The translations under genes and the position numbers were made by a program. This document shows positions 60,024-64,000 of a DNA stretch of 64,000 bases, piece by piece. The notes below the pieces were generated by a model. It was not told the DNA's origin. It searched no databases and saw only the letters and a list, made by a program, of their open reading frames with translations. The stretch comes from an uncultured Planctomycetota bacterium (GTDB taxonomy: Bacteria > Planctomycetota > Planctomycetia > Isosphaerales > Isosphaeraceae). The first letter of the stretch is position 1. Every line of letters starts with the position of its first letter. Location of the stretch: contig CAWGMQ010000008.1 in the NCBI GenBank assembly GCA_963823665.1, forward strand, positions 32,001 through 96,000, written 5' to 3'.

Positions 60024-62670
60024 GCTGCACGTCGCTCCTGCGGTCCAACGTTCTCTTCGCCAGCGCAACGACCACGATGCTCACCAGCACGAAGTCCACA
60101 TTCCACGACAGCGCCCATGAAACCGTTTCCCAATTCACTACCCTATTTCGGCGCATGTTGAGCAGAAGACCGCCGAAGGAACCTGGAAAGCTCGCCAGTG
60201 CCAATCCCCAGGGAAATGTCGGATACGCCAGCAAAAGGTAGAGAATCGGCCAGCCGATGGTCACACAAACGAATACGCACACGCTTCCGGCGATCGCTTG
60301 TGCACGGCGTCTGATCCAGATTCCCAGAGCGAGTCCAAGGCTGACGAAGGCCGCACCGTGGACCAGAATCGTGAACACAGCCAGGAGGGCCGTGCCCAGA
60401 TATCTCCAGATCGGCGGACTCGGCATCACCGGCGCTGCCGCGGCGATCTCGTCATCGGTGGCGAATCGGAACGTGCTGGTGGCGGAAGCGTCAATCGTCT
60501 CCACGTAGGTTGTGCCGTTGCCATGCGTTTCGATCTTCTCAGTAACGCCCCCTGCAAGCGTTGTGACCTTTGGCGTGACATGAACGGGCGCACGTGCCGT
60601 TGCCAGCGCGAGCGCGAAGAGGGCCGGGCCAATGGAAAGCACCAGAACCAGGCGAAAATTCTGCCACCATCGTCTCGTAAAAGTCGATCGATCGATCAGG
60701 GCCGCACCAGTCTCCACGGCCCGTACGTCAGATGCGTCCCGTTGAAGGATCGATAACGGCGCAATTGCAGACAGAAGAATGAAGCCGCCGGTCACCAGGA
60801 CGCAAAAGGCCAATGTCGCGGTATCCTCCAAACTCCACTCGCCGAATCCCCTGATCCAGAGTGTGATTGCCCCGAAGAGCCCGCCGGCCCCGATCACGGC
60901 CGCCAGCACCAGAATGACGTCCGAGAGCACTGGCGTTTCCCGTGGCCGGTCGGGAATGCGTCCGAAGCTTTTATCAAAGGTGCGTACGGTGAGCCACAAG
61001 AGGCCGACGGCCATCACCATGCACTCGATGCCCCAGAACGCGATCCACCAGAAATTCTGGCGATCGTAGTAAAAACGTGTCATCAGAGTGGAGTACAGGT
61101 CCAGGGCAGCAACGATCGGGCTGAGGCACGCCATTCCCTGGCCGGGCATACCCATACGGCTGGCAACGATAAGGATCGGCCAACCAGCACTGATCATCAC
61201 GGCGAGTGCCACACTGGTGGCGATCGCGCGGCCTTGTCGCTTGATCCACGTGGCTAGCCCCAAGCCGATGCTCGCGAGAAGTGCGCCATGAACGAACACC
61301 GTCGCGACCAGCAGAGCCGCATCGAAGAGCAACGCTGCGCGGGGCAATTTCATGTAGTAATCAGGCAGCGATCTCACAGGCACGGGCAAGCTCGTGGTCC
61401 TGTGGTGGGCCGTGGCTAACGCCAGAGCCATGAACCCTGGCCCGATCGCCAGTAACAGAACCAGACGAAGATTTCCCAGCCATTTTCCAACAACGATTGC
61501 GCGGGTCGAAAGCGTGGTCGTCGCCAGGAGATCGAGGCTGCCCCGCGCGCGCTCTTCAGACAACGACATCGGCGCCATTGCTGCGCACATCAAGAGCCCG
61601 AAAATCAAGAGCAGAATGCTTCCGGCAATCCCCGCGAGCGGCCCCGAAGACCGACTCATCATGTCGACGCCGTACGCCCAGACGCTCACGGCGCCGATCA
61701 AGCACGCGATACCGGTCGAGCCGCCGATCAGTAAAATCAAAACCATCAGCCACGGAGTGGGGCGCGAACGATGCCATTCGCGCCAGAGCACGGGATTACC
61801 GTCGAGTGAGGGACCGGGAAGCCATCGCGTCAATCGAGCTAGCACGCCGAACGCGGGCGCCTTTCGATCGTCCAGGTTGCCGCGGCGCGCGACGGGCCGC
61901 ATCCGCCACACCGCCAGAAGGATAAACAGCGCCGAAGCCACGAGCGCGATCGCGAAGAAGCCGGCATAGTCCCAGAAGCCGATCTGGCTCGGTGCGGAAT
62001 AGGGGGCAAATGCGAGGTAGTACGGATTCGCGACGAGACTCCAGGGGGCCGGAGGGCTGACCCACCGGCCGCGCGAAAGGGCGAACCAGATCGGCCATAA
62101 CATCAGAACGAGAATCCAGAACGTGTAGGCAACGAGCACGACCTCGTGGGGCTTTCTGGCCCATACTGACAATGCCAGAGCCATCGCGCAGCCGAGCAGG
62201 GCGACACTCAGGATGATCGCGAATGCAAGCGTCAACGCCGTCGGATCGATTCCGCCCAGAAGTGAGCAGATCGCCAGGACCGGCCAGGTACATGCCACCA
62301 GCCCGAGGATCGGCAACAGCCGCGCGGCCAGCTTGCCCAGCACGATCTCCGGGTCGGTGAGGTCGGTCACCAGCATGTGGGTAAGCGTCCCGCGTGCACG
62401 GTCCACGCAGATCGCCCCCGCGGTCGCGGCCGGAGCCGCCAGCATCACCAGGGTCAGCTCCACGCCGATGATCGCGTAGAAGTAGGCCTCGCCCAGTGCG
62501 GCATATTCCTGCCAAGCGCGCGTCGGGGCCACCGAGCCTCGGGTCACTGCGATCGATGCGATCGCCACCAGCAAGATGGCCACGCCCGCCGCGCGAACGG
62601 CATAGGTCTGCCACCGCCGCGAATTGGCCAGGCACTCGTAAATGAAGACTGGACTTAATCCCCAACGCAT
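59962..62670 (-). CDS. Large ABC-2 type permease-like membrane protein (repeated permease domains)
   Basis: MRWGLSPVFIYE, APAATAGAICVDRARGTL..EIVLGKL, NPVLWREW, LSEERARGSLDLL..IVVGKW. Confidence 0.82.
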   Translation of the reverse strand: MRWGLSPVFIYECLANSRRWQTYAVRAAGVAILLVAIASIAVTRGSVAPTRAWQEYAALGEAYFYAIIGVELTLVMLAAPAATAGAICVDRARGTLTHMLVTDLTDPEIVLGKLAARLLPILGLVACTWPVLAICSLLGGIDPTALTLAFAIILSVALLGCAMALALSVWARKPHEVVLVAYTFWILVLMLWPIWFALSRGRWVSPPAPWSLVANPYYLAFAPYSAPSQIGFWDYAGFFAIALVASALFILLAVWRMRPVARRGNLDDRKAPAFGVLARLTRWLPGPSLDGNPVLWREWHRSRPTPWLMVLILLIGGSTGIACLIGAVSVWAYGVDMMSRSSGPLAGIAGSILLLIFGLLMCAAMAPMSLSEERARGSLDLLATTTLSTRAIVVGKWLGNLRLVLLLAIGPGFMALALATAHHRTTSLPVPVRSLPDYYMKLPRAALLFDAALLVATVFVHGALLASIGLGLATWIKRQGRAIATSVALAVMISAGWPILIVASRMGMPGQGMACLSPIVAALDLYSTLMTRFYYDRQNFWWIAFWGIECMVMAVGLLWLTVRTFDKSFGRIPDRPRETPVLSDVILVLAAVIGAGGLFGAITLWIRGFGEWSLEDTATLAFCVLVTGGFILLSAIAPLSILQRDASDVRAVETGAALIDRSTFTRRWWQNFRLVLVLSIGPALFALALATARAPVHVTPKVTTLAGGVTEKIETHGNGTTYVETIDASATSTFRFATDDEIAAAAPVMPSPPIWRYLGTALLAVFTILVHGAAFVSLGLALGIWIRRRAQAIAGSVCVFVCVTIGWPILYLLLAYPTFPWGLALASFPGSFGGLLLNMRRNRVVNWETVSWALSWNVDFVLVSIVVVALAKRTLDRRSDVQPTQPHHVEFAHTAETPLSAG

Positions 62671-62698
62671 GGCTCGTTCCGTGTCAGGATTCTGTTTC

Positions 62699-62794
62699 AG
62701 CGATGGCTCTGGCAATCTTCCGCCGGCTCCCGAGCTACCCTGCAGAGAGCGGGGTTTCTGCCCTGTGCGCGAATTCTACGTGGAGTCTCGTAGG
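62699..62794 (+). pseudogene. Internally deleted relic of a second GNAT copy
   Basis: 62699-62728 matches GNAT 59504-59533 (26/30 nt); the following sequence matches the GNAT 3' end from 59957. Confidence 0.75.
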
Positions 62795-64000
62795 CTGGAT
62801 GCCGCACCTGCGGTCGAGGGTCCGGAGTGTCAGCTTGACGATCACGGCGCTCAGCACGATGAATACTGCGTTCCACCACGACGCCCACCGGACTGTCTCC
62901 GAGATCACGTCGTCCAGGCACATGTTGACCAGAAGACAGATGAAGGAACCAGGAAAGCTCACCAGCGTCACACCCCACGGAAGTGTCGAAGACGTCGCCA
63001 GAAGATAGGCAATCGGCCAGCCGATGGTCACACAGAGAAACACGCACACACTTGCCGCGATCGCTCGAGCACGGCTCTTCATCCAGAGCCCCAGCGCCAG
63101 GCCAAGACTGACGTACGCCGCACCGTGCACCAGGAGCGTGAACACCGCGAGAACGGCTGTGCCCAGAAACCTCGAGCGCGGCGGACTCGGTCTCATCGCC
63201 GTCGCCGCCGCAATCTCCTGATCCGTGGCGAATCGAATGGTATTGACGCCGGCAGCGTCCGTCGTCGTGACATATGTCGTGCCGTTGTGGAATGTATCAA
63301 TCTTCTCCGTGACACCGCCAGCAAGCGTCGTGATCTTCGGTATCACGTGGATCGGCATGCGAGCGGTGGCCAGGGCAAGCGCGAATAACGCCGGGCCGAT
63401 CGCCAGCATCAGAACCAGGCGATAACTCTCCCACCATCGTCTGGTGAAAGTCGATCGGTCGAGTACAACCGCCGCGGCCTCCACGGCCTGGAGGTGTGGT
63501 GCGTTTCTACGGAAGATCAACAACGGCGCGAGTGCCGACAGCAGAAGGAATCCACCGGTCAGCAGGAAGCCGCATGCCAAGATTGCGGTGTCATCCAACT
63601 GGTCCTCGCCGAGTCCTCTGATCCAGAGCGTAATCGCCCCAAAAAGCCCGCCCGCGCTGAGCGCTGCCGCCAGGACTAAAATGACATCGGAGAGCACCGG
63701 CGTTTGTCGCGGCTGGTCGGGAATGCGGCCGAAGCAGCGGTCGAAGGTGCGCACCGTCAGCCACAAGAGCCCGAAAGCCACCACCGTGCACTCGATGTTC
63801 CAGAAAGCGATCCACCAGAAATAGCCGCGGAACTGGAAGTAACGCATTGTGAGAGTTTCGGCAAGATTTGAGGTGGCAACGATAGGGCTCAGGCAACTGA
63901 TTCCCTGGCCGGCCATACCGACGCGGCTGGCCACGACGAGGAGCGGCCAGCCGGCGCTAACCATCACGGCGATCGCCACACTTGTGGCGATCGCGCGGCT
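62735..64000 (-). CDS. Paralog of the adjacent ABC permease-like protein, 5'-truncated by window edge
   Basis: Colinear with the C-terminal part of 59962..62670, including the terminal HVEFAH.AETPLSAG. Confidence 0.82.
   Translation of the reverse strand, partial: SRAIATSVAIAVMVSAGWPLLVVASRVGMAGQGISCLSPIVATSNLAETLTMRYFQFRGYFWWIAFWNIECTVVAFGLLWLTVRTFDRCFGRIPDQPRQTPVLSDVILVLAAALSAGGLFGAITLWIRGLGEDQLDDTAILACGFLLTGGFLLLSALAPLLIFRRNAPHLQAVEAAAVVLDRSTFTRRWWESYRLVLMLAIGPALFALALATARMPIHVIPKITTLAGGVTEKIDTFHNGTTYVTTTDAAGVNTIRFATDQEIAAATAMRPSPPRSRFLGTAVLAVFTLLVHGAAYVSLGLALGLWMKSRARAIAASVCVFLCVTIGWPIAYLLATSSTLPWGVTLVSFPGSFICLLVNMCLDDVISETVRWASWWNAVFIVLSAVIVKLTLRTLDRRCGIQPTRLHVEFAHRAETPLSAG

Overview
GC-rich bacterial chromosomal window. 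Gene content points to Planctomycetota, probably Isosphaeraceae-like (inference from the PSD1/DUF1549-DUF1553 cytochrome c plus DUF1501 pair, ECF sigma-kinase pair, five multidomain Ser/Thr kinases and a LEPR-XLL-like signal). In order: 3' part of an Ig-repeat surface protein; kinase-STAND NTPase-FGE protein; DUF362 plus prenyltransferase-fold pair divergent from a Tad/Flp pilus operon (two flp genes, cpaA, cpaB, cpaE, cpaF, tadB, tadC, two tadE, giant vWA TadG, ABC exporter, no secretin seen); an AT-richer insert with a RelE-fold protein and a Shedu/DUF4263-like nuclease; phoD, DUF1697 and tRNA-Leu(CAA); kinase-TPR abutting a GT41 (OGT/SPINDLY-like) gene; a PI-PLC/repeat/RTX-like giant protein; about 1.9 kb of non-coding DNA with relics and REP-like repeats; ECF sigma and zinc-finger kinase-WD40; PSD1/DUF1501; a Cys-tailed small protein with two tandem kinase-WD40 paralogs; a GNAT; duplicated ABC permeases. 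About nine frameshifts split otherwise intact genes, most likely assembly errors. The best candidates for something new are the RelE-fold plus Shedu-like module, the secretin-less Tad locus with accessory enzymes, and the kinase/GT41/PI-PLC block. All family calls come from motif recognition by eye; no searches were run.
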